A stretch of 64,000 nt of DNA from IMG/VR virus record IMGVR_UViG_3300049215_000171, positions 3,273 to 67,272 of that record. The stretch is one strand, 5' to 3'. Each line of letters opens with the position of its first letter. Positions within the stretch are counted from its first letter, which is position 1. The translations under genes were made by a program, and so were the position numbers. Under the pieces are notes generated by a model. It was not told the DNA's origin. It searched no databases and worked only from the letters and a program-made list of their open reading frames with translations. The stretch is from a virus. Below are positions 10,901 to 22,100 of the stretch, piece after piece.

Positions 10901-12821
10901 AGAAATAGAAACTCTTGAAGATGAAATTAGATTATATTGTCTTTCATTGGGATATACTAATGATTTTGATTGTGAATATTTTATTAATAATTTTGATCAG
11001 GGATCATTGGCTGGTATCAATAGGCTAAGCTCTGGCGCTGGTGGATTCAGATTTGTATCAGATGAACAAACAGGCAAAATAACTAGTACAATAGCATTGA
11101 ACGTTCTGGCAAAACCAGATATAATGAACGCTCAAATCAATACTAATTTAAGTACGCTACAACCACAAACTAACTTAAATTTATTTAATATAATTTCTAG
11201 AGCGTCGTTTATTCAGTCTGTTATTCCTTCAAATAATTCAAACTCATCAACTCAATTTAAATCTGTATCTCAAATATTGAGTGATGCCTCAGCTCAATCA
11301 AGGAAAGACGTGATAACAGCAAGGTTACAAAATAAATCAAGCATGTCATTTGATTTGACTCAATTATTTTCTACTGGTGTAAAACAGCCATCTACTGTAT
11401 CAAGTACTGATGTATTACAAATTTCTAGTGGCATATCAAGCAGGCTTTCTCAACGACAAACTGCTATAATTACAGCAGTAAAAGCATTAAATAGTTTACA
11501 AGAAGGAATTACATTAACTAGTGGTTCTGGTGGCCCAGGTAACCAGTCTCTTGGCAATGATTTATTGCATCCAGCGCTCAGTAGAAGTAAAAATATTCCT
11601 AAAACTTTTGAGTATATGATTGAGGATGAATCATATGATGATTTAGGCCCAGGATCCGGCAATAGATATGTTATAAAAAATAATGATATATTAAGCTATT
11701 CAATTACAGAAGATAGACCGCCATATACTTATGTGGAGGTAACTGGAAGATTTGGCGGAGAAGGTGCGTTGTTATTAAATCAAACTCAGAGTTTGCCACA
11801 AGATTTGAAAGTTTTTGAAACTGGAAATGTATTAAATACCGTAGCAGCAATAGATTATGATTTATGGCGAATGTATGGTGTATTAATACCGCAATCACTT
11901 GATGTTCCATACTTAACAAATCCAGAAGTTCAATGTGCTCCGTATGCTGTATCTGTACTTAATCAAGCTAGAAAACAAATACTAACAGCAAGTTGCACGA
12001 TAGTTGGTAATGAATACCAACAGCCAGGCGAAGTGGTATATGTAGAAGATGTTGATTTATTATTTTATGTTCACAGTGTCACTCACAGTTTTAATTATGG
12101 TTCAGGATTTAAAACCGATTTGAATCTCACTCATGGCCATAATATGGGTGAATACATACCTACATTTCTTGATGTAATAGGAAAAATGTTCTATAAAAAT
12201 AATAAAAATATAGTTAATATGGCCCATAAACGACAAGGCAATGTTTTTAATCAGGAACACGTGGCCACAATAGTTGGTAATACAACGACCAGTAATTCAA
12301 CAAATGGGTTTGATGGATTAGATACGGACATTGCTGATACCGTATATGGTTCATCAAACAGGTTGGCGCTTCAAAGACTTTTGGATTACGGCGGATCAAC
12401 TTTAAGTATTGATGGCTCAATATTGGAAATAAGAGTATATTATAATGATGCTAAAAATGGTTTTACTTCACCAAATAGTTATACAGTTAAAATTCAAAAT
12501 GAAATAATAGATTATTTAGTTGGGGCCACAGATTTGACAACTAATGCTCAGCCAGACGCTAGCTTGCAGACTAATTCACAAAAATTATCAGCATATAAAT
12601 CACAAATAATATCAAAAATAGTAAATTCAAGTCCTACCAGTATAGGTGAATTTAGGTATCCTTCAAGGGAAGCATTTTATTATGCCAGAGATATAGCTAG
12701 TAAATCATCTCAAAGTTCATCTGGTTCTTCAACGCAATCACAAACAGATGTTGATACCGCATTATATAATTATATAGTGGACTGTTGGATCATATTTAAT
12801 AATCCATCGGATGGTACATAA
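7908..12821 (+). CDS. Putative baseplate hub protein (gp27/gpD-like, 1637 aa)
   Basis: C-terminal SCTIVGN...PGEVVYV...FYVHSVTHSF..GSGFKTDLNL is typical of hub proteins; synteny; GTG start with AAGGA. Confidence 0.55.
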   Translation: MANPNDFLSNLGDILNQQFSTGDSKLKSLEIAQDGHTNQYGHLGDFANKFDQTADRSYTEEGAQRIDYNNYAPKQLNISLQDPSATVLVKKRMFASLAENFRPDLMDAHEKLFYKTTKVLFQNKCTQISSYEKLCKISQISSDLGRVDYHLLPIIFSLTDNISQLPGTTLGAYGADSLQDSINGTLSKFSNIVDRVKQIYALSQDNPYTTWIAGIPDTFRSSFSQGTGVIEFNNVTSFTTTTTLDFAQGNFTLNFSDPYKIMRITNLDIEQAINDATNRFYSNSFLQFGITSLDQTISLQKQQLNLNREVRGANPINFLVSPDTYLGKRVRAIIDNIGFEINFDASSIGNLAGSNNIDPSALEGSDALGNDGLSSNEVVIFNNIVSSLYSQISLVTNTRRNAIADNQDQTKNLNLIRKKMRLHYAGKLVIQPMDSVHIYINSKKKIDNKVLGGLQSSFSGLGFLQGLNNLTNDIKDTFAVNENYSLEKSVFVGNDFPNWLWQIMRSQIISDKDGTHIFAGVVDKATSQYSDRKYLVSVSGSDNSSYFKYGVVNFKPSVEVWNGSLYDPLTPFKLEIDTVTGVQDDQLELLDENKNLFESAFIKDKNGLYAGTITTEKNFLQQDADRLKNNSVRRVFYDPDGMVYRWKEGITTLTLYGDSYQPSPPGSYAPALTSNPFAGQDIMNVLSLLISGEPYNFTTFYKAALNFDTGFKRDSGSNQGPTGSFLRGLTQQLKYRNAIYGNFIPFKQLTVDESTFSKVLNNQLNINSYDSELQGLLQQRADFADKLSIFGITSAQDIATKGNDNSALIQKNLQQLDTLIQDKINNINSTLNQVGNPPVKLLGNDISFDYDNSNLNSGSKTRLDDRSRRELRRKLLFLTRRLAWKVRANEDVNFFIVDDTYDKDYDLQAFEQEFVSPDTFKSDYTTVATKIEGIKNVINGLELFVNTQGHIETRSPRYNRVPSSVFYKMLRLKNDLGIQIFPQFLEDLSLNQLDGAYQEIETLEDEIRLYCLSLGYTNDFDCEYFINNFDQGSLAGINRLSSGAGGFRFVSDEQTGKITSTIALNVLAKPDIMNAQINTNLSTLQPQTNLNLFNIISRASFIQSVIPSNNSNSSTQFKSVSQILSDASAQSRKDVITARLQNKSSMSFDLTQLFSTGVKQPSTVSSTDVLQISSGISSRLSQRQTAIITAVKALNSLQEGITLTSGSGGPGNQSLGNDLLHPALSRSKNIPKTFEYMIEDESYDDLGPGSGNRYVIKNNDILSYSITEDRPPYTYVEVTGRFGGEGALLLNQTQSLPQDLKVFETGNVLNTVAAIDYDLWRMYGVLIPQSLDVPYLTNPEVQCAPYAVSVLNQARKQILTASCTIVGNEYQQPGEVVYVEDVDLLFYVHSVTHSFNYGSGFKTDLNLTHGHNMGEYIPTFLDVIGKMFYKNNKNIVNMAHKRQGNVFNQEHVATIVGNTTTSNSTNGFDGLDTDIADTVYGSSNRLALQRLLDYGGSTLSIDGSILEIRVYYNDAKNGFTSPNSYTVKIQNEIIDYLVGATDLTTNAQPDASLQTNSQKLSAYKSQIISKIVNSSPTSIGEFRYPSREAFYYARDIASKSSQSSSGSSTQSQTDVDTALYNYIVDCWIIFNNPSDGT

Positions 12822-14842
12822 TGTCACAAGGACCAATATTTAAACCATCTGGATTTGCAAGATTAGCCACAATTACAAAAGTAGATGCTAGTACGATGTC
12901 TGTCTATGTTACATTTAGACCTGATTCACCATTAGGAAATGATGGTGCCAATCAAGTATTAGCACAATTGCCCATTTCATATCTTTCGTCTGGTGGTGGA
13001 TTTATTGGCGGGTATCCAGCAGAAGGAACTCCTGTATATGTTACCCAGGTAGAAGGAACCAGTAGTTATGTAATTGTTGCGTTTGCATCAAGAGACCCGG
13101 TAGCAAAATTAACAAAATCTGCAACACAAATTAATATACCTGATTTAGTAAAAGGTGAAATTGTAATACAGGCTAATACTGATGGAGGCATCATACTTGA
13201 TGATGATTCTATTATCATAGGTGAACCAAAAAACTCAGCTGTATTTGATACAACCAGAAAAATTTATATAAATACATTTGATCAATCATATTATCTTGGT
13301 CAGGGATCCAGGGAGATAAACGGTATAATTTTAAGAGATAAACGGCCAGCAGATAATTACCCATCATTTTTAAGAGAATACGATCCAGCATATGATGATA
13401 CATTGATAACTATTGGTATGGATCCAATAGCTAATGCCAAAATATTCAATTCTGGTACAGCAGTACGTAATCCAGCTAGAATAGAAAAAAGAGAAACTAT
13501 CTATGAATATGAAGAATCCGCTAATGTATATAGTAATGATATAGAACTTGAATTTTATAAGACAGGAGTTTTTCCAAATAATTTTACTATCACTGACAGA
13601 AGGGCCGGCAGAGCTGATGCATTAAGTTTAAGCCTAACCTCACCTAATTATTTGATGGAATCAATAAAAGGGACCGTAGTAGATATATACGGTAATGTAA
13701 TAGATCTAAATAGAGATATTATACCATTAGGCAAGGATAATTTATCATCATTTAAAATAAAATCTACTGCTAATGAGCAGGATACGTTTAAAAATGCTTA
13801 TGAGCAAATAAAACGACAAGAAAGGAAAAGTTTAGCGTTTCACTTTGAAATAAATAGCCGTAAAGAAACTAAAGGCTCCGGGCCCCCAAACGTAAATAAT
13901 AAAGATAATTACGCGCGTGCCAGAAGCAGATTCTTTTTTGATGTAGATAAAGAGGGTCAGTTTAAATTAAACGTTCCTGCTTCAAGTGAAACGGGTAATA
14001 TTCCATTAAATACTAGATATGAAAATTATTCAACTATATCTCCTAATTCTAAATCAAATAATACTAATGATATAGTTTTTAATAATTTGTATAAAGATAT
14101 TTTAGCAGAATCATTTATAAATGAATCCAGTGTGTCACTAACTGACGATTTTGGTAATTCTTTTGGGCCTATTGATAGATTTTCAGATAAAAATAGCCCA
14201 ACATATATAAAACACGGTACAGTATATCATAATATAGGACAAACTTGTAGTACATTACAATCTAACACGTTTTACACGCCAGTTGAATATGTTACTACGA
14301 CTACGTTAGCTTCTGGCGGAGTTATACCGATATCTGAAATAGTTAGCCCTAAAGTAATTACGATTGGGGCAAACGCAAACGCAGGCGGGAGAAGCGGTAG
14401 TTTAAATTTTGATGGTTCTATTGAAATTAATATTGGTGCTAACACAATTGATCGGCAGTCCTTATGGCTTGATACTCAAGGTGGAATGATTGCTAATATT
14501 GGTAGAGATTTGAGGAATATTAGTTTAGTGGCAAATATGGACGGAGAGGTAATTATTCAAGTTGGCGGAAATACGGTACCAGCAGAAACAGAAAGATTTA
14601 AAAATTCAAATACTGGTTGGATAGCCGGCGTAGTAGATATACGGGTATTTAATTCTCAAAAAGAGATGACAATTTTAAGAATCGATGATGATGGAATGAC
14701 TGTAACTACACCTGGAAGCATAACATATTACGCTAGAAAAATGTTATTTAGGAGCTCGGCCTCAATTGAATTTGATAGTGAAAATTTAATTTTGAACGGG
14801 CGAAAGGTAATAAAAGATCCTGGCGCAGGACCTATAAGATAA
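12821..14842 (+). CDS. Putative baseplate central spike (gpV/gp5-like)
   Basis: N-terminal OB-fold-like segment (ATITKVD...GGFIGGYPAEGTPVYV) and C-terminal short beta repeats; follows the hub. Confidence 0.5.
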   Translation: MSQGPIFKPSGFARLATITKVDASTMSVYVTFRPDSPLGNDGANQVLAQLPISYLSSGGGFIGGYPAEGTPVYVTQVEGTSSYVIVAFASRDPVAKLTKSATQINIPDLVKGEIVIQANTDGGIILDDDSIIIGEPKNSAVFDTTRKIYINTFDQSYYLGQGSREINGIILRDKRPADNYPSFLREYDPAYDDTLITIGMDPIANAKIFNSGTAVRNPARIEKRETIYEYEESANVYSNDIELEFYKTGVFPNNFTITDRRAGRADALSLSLTSPNYLMESIKGTVVDIYGNVIDLNRDIIPLGKDNLSSFKIKSTANEQDTFKNAYEQIKRQERKSLAFHFEINSRKETKGSGPPNVNNKDNYARARSRFFFDVDKEGQFKLNVPASSETGNIPLNTRYENYSTISPNSKSNNTNDIVFNNLYKDILAESFINESSVSLTDDFGNSFGPIDRFSDKNSPTYIKHGTVYHNIGQTCSTLQSNTFYTPVEYVTTTTLASGGVIPISEIVSPKVITIGANANAGGRSGSLNFDGSIEINIGANTIDRQSLWLDTQGGMIANIGRDLRNISLVANMDGEVIIQVGGNTVPAETERFKNSNTGWIAGVVDIRVFNSQKEMTILRIDDDGMTVTTPGSITYYARKMLFRSSASIEFDSENLILNGRKVIKDPGAGPIR

Positions 14843-14885
14843 TTTAATAACAATATTATTGTGATATATAATAAAGAAGAACATA

Positions 14886-17042
14886 ATGCCTTGTACACCA
14901 CTCCCAGAAAGTAATGTAGTAGCACCATCGGAAGGTAGTTTTCCCGGTAGTAGCGGTTTTGCCGTCACGTTACCTAATTATAATATTCCGTTCGCGCCTT
15001 CTCCGTTAGAAGACTTAACGTCGATATTTAATAAAATTAGCTTCATACTTCCTCCTGGAATATTAAAACCAAAAATGGAACCTAATGTTATTATTGATGT
15101 GTATGGGGCAGTCAATAGTCTTTTGGAAAAATTTAGTCCATTCCTAATGTTATATAAATTTTTTCTTCCAGTATTAAATTTAATATTATGTATTATAGAG
15201 GTTTTGTGTTCATTATTAAATCCGTTTACACTTGGTTCTGCAATTAGCAATTTATTTCGTAATTGTATACCTGAGTTTCTTTCAATTTTTCCGGCATTCG
15301 CAATACCTATCATGTTAATATCACTGTTGTTATTAATATTAGCTTTGGTAGAATATTTAATAACACGAATAATAGGTATAATTGAGGTTATTCTTGATAA
15401 CCTAAATATATTAGGAAAAGCCGTAGCAAGATTAGATAATGACAGTATAATAGGAATTGTTCAAAAAATTGGTGATTTATTGTGCTCATTGCAAAATTTG
15501 TTTGTTGTTTTCGGTGTTCTAACAACCATATTACAAATTATAAAAGCTATATTGAGTTTAGGATTTAAAATTCCGCCCTGTGATTCAAGCGGTGGAAATC
15601 CTAGCCCTTGCTGTAGCCCAGAATATTGTCCAGATTTCATTAAAAATAATAGCGATATAACCAGTAATACGGGAACATTTTTATATTATAATGAAGTTGG
15701 TATTGATTCAGGACTAACATTACCTCAATTTTATCCAGCGATTATATCATCAATAAGATCAGAAAGCTGGCAGTTTTATGATCCAAACCTTTCTCAAAAT
15801 AAATCATTTATCAATATAGTTAAAGCATACGATTTACCAGCTGGAATAAATAAGATATTTTTTCCTGGAGGAACTAATTTTATAGAAACTACATCTCCAT
15901 CATCTACCCCATATGTTATCAGTTTTAGGTTTTTTTACGTTCCGGCGGATTTTAGTTTTAACCCAACGGATCCAAAGGGTCCGAGATATATGAGAGTTGC
16001 CAATGCCATAGTGCAAAGTCCACCTACAATTGGTGTGACATCGTATAATAATAATTTAGTTGCTCCGTTTTCTGGCACATTGAATTTAGTAGGAGGTGTT
16101 ATTACAGAAGATGATGGTTCTCCTATCCTTGATTCTCAAGGAAGAACCATATCATTAAATACATTTATACATCAAAGTCCCAGTGCCATTCCGGCGCATT
16201 CTAGTCCGACATATCCAAATGATGGATATTTGTTTTCGGATGTATCGTATAAATTTACTATTAACCATGAGGTTCTAGTTGGTGAAAGTCTTATAACACT
16301 TGGGTGTATACCGGAAGTAGCGTTCAATAAAAATTTTATTAATGCCACCATAGGGGCTCAATTTAATGGTAATGTAGCTAAATTATCAGGAATATCATTA
16401 CCAGATATTGGTGGTATACAAGATAGTATTATAAATGCTATAACATTATATAGACAAAGCGTATCTATCGAAACAACTAATGAGTTTCAAACAACCGTTT
16501 TAGGATTACTTAATGATCTAATGCAACAAACTAATAGCTCACTTGCTCAAGTGATTCCGGCATCATATGATCAGTATAATAGTTCTTTTTACTTGGATAC
16601 AAGCATACAATTTATTACCCAACCTATAACAGTTTTCGTTTCAATTAATGAAAGTTCATCGCAATCTTTGACAAATAATTTAACATCAGACGTTGCAATA
16701 TCTATTGCGTCTCAGATTTCAGCAAGCGTTTCACTTGGAAAAATTAGCTCATTTTCATATGATGGATATCAATTATTTACTGCTCAGATAATAAGTGATG
16801 TTGTTGGAAATGGAACAATAAAAGTTGCTTTTGATAATAACTATATTAGTATATTATCAAATCCTTCGGACATAACTCAAACTCCATCTGTATCAGTAAA
16901 AGAATTACCATATACATTTGTATATTCACCATCTATATCTGGCGTTGGTACAGGTATTGATGGGTCAGGTTCAGATGGTGGTTCTCCAAGAAGAGATGAT
17001 GGAGATATTGCAAGAGACGGATCAGATGATATTGGGAGTTAA
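14886..17042 (+). CDS. Hypothetical virion-associated protein with long hydrophobic N-terminal helices
   Basis: 718 aa ORF in the baseplate cluster; hydrophobic stretches at about aa 85-225, then a Cys cluster and a beta-rich region. Confidence 0.5.
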   Translation: MPCTPLPESNVVAPSEGSFPGSSGFAVTLPNYNIPFAPSPLEDLTSIFNKISFILPPGILKPKMEPNVIIDVYGAVNSLLEKFSPFLMLYKFFLPVLNLILCIIEVLCSLLNPFTLGSAISNLFRNCIPEFLSIFPAFAIPIMLISLLLLILALVEYLITRIIGIIEVILDNLNILGKAVARLDNDSIIGIVQKIGDLLCSLQNLFVVFGVLTTILQIIKAILSLGFKIPPCDSSGGNPSPCCSPEYCPDFIKNNSDITSNTGTFLYYNEVGIDSGLTLPQFYPAIISSIRSESWQFYDPNLSQNKSFINIVKAYDLPAGINKIFFPGGTNFIETTSPSSTPYVISFRFFYVPADFSFNPTDPKGPRYMRVANAIVQSPPTIGVTSYNNNLVAPFSGTLNLVGGVITEDDGSPILDSQGRTISLNTFIHQSPSAIPAHSSPTYPNDGYLFSDVSYKFTINHEVLVGESLITLGCIPEVAFNKNFINATIGAQFNGNVAKLSGISLPDIGGIQDSIINAITLYRQSVSIETTNEFQTTVLGLLNDLMQQTNSSLAQVIPASYDQYNSSFYLDTSIQFITQPITVFVSINESSSQSLTNNLTSDVAISIASQISASVSLGKISSFSYDGYQLFTAQIISDVVGNGTIKVAFDNNYISILSNPSDITQTPSVSVKELPYTFVYSPSISGVGTGIDGSGSDGGSPRRDDGDIARDGSDDIGS

Positions 17043-17044
17043 AA

Positions 17045-18691
17045 ATGAGTAATGATAACTCAAATAATAATTATTTCAATGATAATTCGTCACTAGATAA
17101 TACGCAGTCCAAATATAAAAATGATCAAGATATTTTAAATATAGATTTCGATACATTATATGATAATTTTATTGTTCCAATAGATGCACTGCGAAGTCAT
17201 TTTAATGCTTTAGTTCCAAACTCTCAAGAACTGAATACACCGCAGTACCAGGAATCTAGGTGTCATGCATTCTATCGCATGATAGGGTTTCCAGTTGTGG
17301 CAGATAGTGATAATTTTTATAGTCCTGGGTACGATCCAAATCTTAATACTGATAAAGATTCATTAGATGCATATCAAAAAATAGCAAAAAGTGTATCTGA
17401 CAATTTAATTTTAACGTCTCAGTTTGCATATAGAGAACAACAAGTACAAATTTATTTTAAGAAAATATTTTCATCTGGTGGTACTCAAGCTCAGCAAATA
17501 ACACTTGGATCTCTTTTTATAAGATCATTTGCTCAACAGCTAGGTAATACTCAACCATTAGTTGATGATCCTAATAAGAATCAATCAATTGACGAGCGTG
17601 TTCAAGAACTTAATAAAATATTCACCATCATTCCATCAATACTAGTCACTAGGCACCCAATTAAGCCCTTCATAGTTGATCCGAGAATAGATATGTCAGT
17701 TAGGCCAATAGTAAATAGGATTTGTGCTCCATTTTTGAATGACAAATCGCAAACTAAAATATTTGGATCGACAACCGGTTCTTCTGATAATTTAAAACGA
17801 CCTTACATAGAAAAAGTTATTACTACCAGATATAATAATAAAAATCTTACTCTAAATCAAGGTAATGATGTAATAAATGCTATATTTGAAGATATAACAG
17901 CAAATCCGGCACAAACAGATCAGGATTTGGTTAAGGCCGTAGCGGATCCGCTTGGACAATTATATAGTTCGGAACTAAAAATTTTTGGTGATTATATTAA
18001 AATAATACAAATTATAATAGATAAATTAATTGATTCAATTAATAATATACAAAAAGCCAGGCAAAAAATAAACTTTGAACCAATACCAGATCCAAATAAC
18101 GGTATAGAAAGCGGTACGGATGGTGGGACAATTAATCCCCCGATTGCTAATGATAAAAATAATAAATTTATTGAAAATCAAATAATTCAATTAAATCAAA
18201 AGAAAATTTTAAATGATATTCAGTTTGATACTGGGTTAGATGGCGTGCCAGATCAAGGTGATTTTGTGTTTTCTAATTTAGATGATACTGTATTTTCAGT
18301 AAATAAAAATATTAATAAATCTTTTGATGATAACTTAAAAAACTTAAATGATTTAAGAGATCAAATAGGTAATGCTGGTATAAATTACTTAAGAAATATT
18401 GAAATAATAATGGGCGAATTTAGTGGGCTCGGTCTTATAGATATAATAGCAATACAGGCAACGTTATGGATTATGGATCCGCTAGCTTTGCTAGGTTTAA
18501 TTGATAAAAGGGCTATTGATAGAATAAATACATATAGATTCGATATGAATTTACATGATATAGTGGAATCGGATATTCCTGATGTAGTAACATCACTGGC
18601 TGAATTTGAAAAAACTCTATCAAATGTATATCTTTTTATACAAAAATACTATGATAATGTCAATAATGGAACAGCATCTATCGCCCAATAG
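17045..18691 (+). CDS. Hypothetical protein (baseplate cluster)
   Basis: 548 aa ORF tightly packed between structural genes; GGGAG RBS; no motif recognised. Confidence 0.5.
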   Translation: MSNDNSNNNYFNDNSSLDNTQSKYKNDQDILNIDFDTLYDNFIVPIDALRSHFNALVPNSQELNTPQYQESRCHAFYRMIGFPVVADSDNFYSPGYDPNLNTDKDSLDAYQKIAKSVSDNLILTSQFAYREQQVQIYFKKIFSSGGTQAQQITLGSLFIRSFAQQLGNTQPLVDDPNKNQSIDERVQELNKIFTIIPSILVTRHPIKPFIVDPRIDMSVRPIVNRICAPFLNDKSQTKIFGSTTGSSDNLKRPYIEKVITTRYNNKNLTLNQGNDVINAIFEDITANPAQTDQDLVKAVADPLGQLYSSELKIFGDYIKIIQIIIDKLIDSINNIQKARQKINFEPIPDPNNGIESGTDGGTINPPIANDKNNKFIENQIIQLNQKKILNDIQFDTGLDGVPDQGDFVFSNLDDTVFSVNKNINKSFDDNLKNLNDLRDQIGNAGINYLRNIEIIMGEFSGLGLIDIIAIQATLWIMDPLALLGLIDKRAIDRINTYRFDMNLHDIVESDIPDVVTSLAEFEKTLSNVYLFIQKYYDNVNNGTASIAQ

Positions 18692-18743
18692 AGTATTATT
18701 TGGCTAAAATAATAATAATTTGGCATATTTTATAGGTGTATCT

Positions 18744-19169
18744 ATGTCTTTTGACTTGAAGGTATTAAATGGTGATTTAGTTATTGCAAATTCTGATTTT
18801 GCTATCGTACAAGGTAATGATAAATTGGTTCAAGATTTGCTTAAAATAGCTTTAACTGAGGCTGGCGGAAACGTTCTAAATCCCTGGTACGGAACACTAA
18901 TTTCTAAATCTTTAATAGGATCCGTTCTACAAAATGATATTTTATTATCAGTAGCACAAACGCAATTGCAAAATGCTATAGAGAATTTGAAAAAATTGCA
19001 AAATTTACAGGTGGCATCGGGGCAGTCTGTTTCACCAGATGAGCAAATAGCTTTTATTCAAAATATATCGATAACACAAAGTCCTTTTGACCCACGCCTA
19101 TATCAAACAACAATAAATGTTTTGAGTAGGTCATTTGGTAAAGTAAGTGCAACTTTTATGGTTCCTTAA
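18744..19169 (+). CDS. Baseplate wedge / sheath initiator, gp25-like
   Basis: MSFDLKVLNGDL...GNDKLVQDLLKIALT..G....PWYGT; precedes the J-like gene; ATG 18744 with AGGTG RBS preferred over track start 18720. Confidence 0.7.
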   Translation: MSFDLKVLNGDLVIANSDFAIVQGNDKLVQDLLKIALTEAGGNVLNPWYGTLISKSLIGSVLQNDILLSVAQTQLQNAIENLKKLQNLQVASGQSVSPDEQIAFIQNISITQSPFDPRLYQTTINVLSRSFGKVSATFMVP

Positions 19170-19187
19170 TATGTAAGGTTAAATAAT

Positions 19188-22100
19188 ATGGTAACAATTA
19201 AATCCACAAATGAGATCATTCTTAGCCTTATTGATTTTTTCAATACGGCTCAGCCTAACTTGGATCTTAAACCTGGAACTGTTGCAAGAGATTTAATTGT
19301 TGATGCTCCTGCCTCCCAGCTTGCATTATTATATGATGAGATAGGTAAAATATCCAACCTTCAATCATTAAGATTGGTATCAGGAAGTGATCTTGATAAA
19401 CTTGCTCAAAATTATGGCGTTACTAGAAAAATAGCAACAAAATCATCTGGTATAGCGTTGTTAACATTTAATTCAATTCCGGCTGTAATTGCAATTAACG
19501 CTAATTCACTAATAACATCAACTAGTGGCTCAACATTTGTTGTATTAAATGGTATAAGCGTAGATCCATCCAATGCTAATTTTTATAAATCAATTGCTAC
19601 AAAATATCAGAGCGCCCTTGGTTTTTTGAATATAACAGATCAATATGCGGTAGAGGTCTCAGTTCAAGCTACAACTGCTGGTAGTGCAGGCAATGTATCT
19701 CAATATTCTTTAAATCAAACATCCATCGCAGGCGTTTCAAATGTCACTAATACATTCCCATTTACTGGCGGTAATGATCAGGAAAATGATGCAACTTTTA
19801 GAAATAGAGTTTTAGCTATATTTAGTGGTTCTAATATAGGAACCGCCTTAGGATATAAAAATCTTGTTTTGTCCAATACAGCAGTATCTGATGCCGTAGT
19901 TATAGGTCCGGGAAATCCGTTAATGACACGTGATGGTACTCAGGTAGTTAAAAATTCTGACGGTAGTTATACTATAATATCAGAAGGTACCGGTGGCAAA
20001 GTAGATATTGTAATCCTTGGAAGTATTTTGACACAATTTATAAATACATATATATATATAGATCAGAGTAATAATAATGATCCGACTAATACGGCAAACA
20101 TAATTGTGTTAGGACAAATTCCAGCAGACGTAAATAAGACTGTTACACAAAAAAGAATTGACGATATTGCTAATGGAGTTTTACCGGCACAACCAGTAGA
20201 ATCAATTTTGCAAGTTACCGGCTCTCTTAGTGGTAGTAATTTCGTCCCTAAAACAATAGACAGCTTGGGAAGGATTTCTGGTAATTATGAGTTAATAAAA
20301 GATACAGGGGTATATGGGGGAAGTCCTTGGGGATTTGATAAATTTCATTGGGTATCTAATAAAATTTCTCTTTTTCAAGAAGATAGGGTTAAATCAAAAT
20401 TTAACGGTCAAGATGCCACAACATATTCGGATGTTATTAGTATATCACAAATCAAACAAAATATATTTATACTAAGCGAAAATAGTAACATATCAACGAG
20501 TGATAATTCAATAATTCAATTACTTCATACACCAATTACAAATGTGACGCGTGTGTTCAATGTTAATACCGGTGAAACCTATATAATAACTAATCAAAAT
20601 TTAGATGGTACTGGCAGTGTGAATACTACGGGCAGAATTCAAATTAGTGGTAATACATTACCGGCGTCTAGTAATATTCTACAAGTTGACTACACATGGA
20701 TAGACAGTTATGATCCATATAGTGATTATGATGGTAAATTTTTAAATAATAATCCTCGGCCTGTTACTGACAGTGTTGATTGGGGTATTTCCAATGTAGT
20801 TAGAAATGAACGAGTATTATTTTCCATGAACCCAACAAGTACATTTTTTGTTGGAACCATGAAACATCCAGTATCTACCGTAGTATCAGCAAATTATTTT
20901 AGTTTTACTAGTGGTACGGTGGTCGCAAGTACCGTCCCAAATTTTCCATTACGGTTACAGGTTATTTTATCCCCAATTGATAATGCAATTAATTCAATTG
21001 AAAGTATTAAGTTAACTAATTCAGATCAAGAGGTATATAATACTGCTGAAAATGATGGAATTATAATTAATAATAGAATTGTGGTAGGAATACAAATAAA
21101 ATATAGTACAATTATAATTTTACCAACTGATACATTAGCAACACTTGGGAGTTTAATATCAATAACTTATAATCAGCAGGATTCATTCAACGCTACTAAT
21201 TCAACTGGAAGTTTCTCTTCTAATCAAATAACCATACCAGTTTTAAATATCCCAATATCAACTCAATCAGTATATCTTGATGTCACGTATTTAACGGCAT
21301 TACCAGATTTACTATCAGTTGGTATAACGGGATTTCCGATCAGTAGGTCTGGCAATGGATATCTGTTAAATACGAATACTGGATCAACTAATACCATAAA
21401 ATCAAATACCTTAAAAAGAGAAAATCAAACAGTTCAAATAAATGGCAGTAATCAAAATTATATAACATTAAGTATACCATCATCCGATTTTTCTTTGATA
21501 CAATCACAAGTTGTGTTAGTAATAGATTTAGTTTCTAATAAGGAAATATGGAATAATGATTTTCCAGGTTCAATTGTTAATACCGGTTCAGCATACCAAT
21601 TAATATTTTCCGGGTTTAATTCACCAGCTGTTGGTGACAATGTATTGGTTATGTATTTTGCCGATGACATAAGAAGATTTCAACCATTTACATATAATAA
21701 TGTAATAATGAATACAAGTTCTCAAAATCTATTATTTGATTTTACAAATAATAATTTTTATGTGCCCATACATAATTTTATTATTGAAAATAACATTACT
21801 TTTAATATTATTGACAATACAACCGGATTATCCGTGGCATCCGCATCTGATGGATATATACAATCAGTATCATCAAATTCTTCAGTAGCCACTTTTTCTA
21901 GTGTATCATTTAATTTTTCTAACATAGATGACTTATTGGGCAAATCAATTAAATTAATTAATACATTAAATATAAATAATACAGGCTATTATAGTATATC
22001 ATCATATAATATATCAAGTAACTTAATAACAATACAGTTTGTAATGGATAATTTATCCATAAATCAAATTAGTATAATTAGAATTGCTGATAATAAGGAT

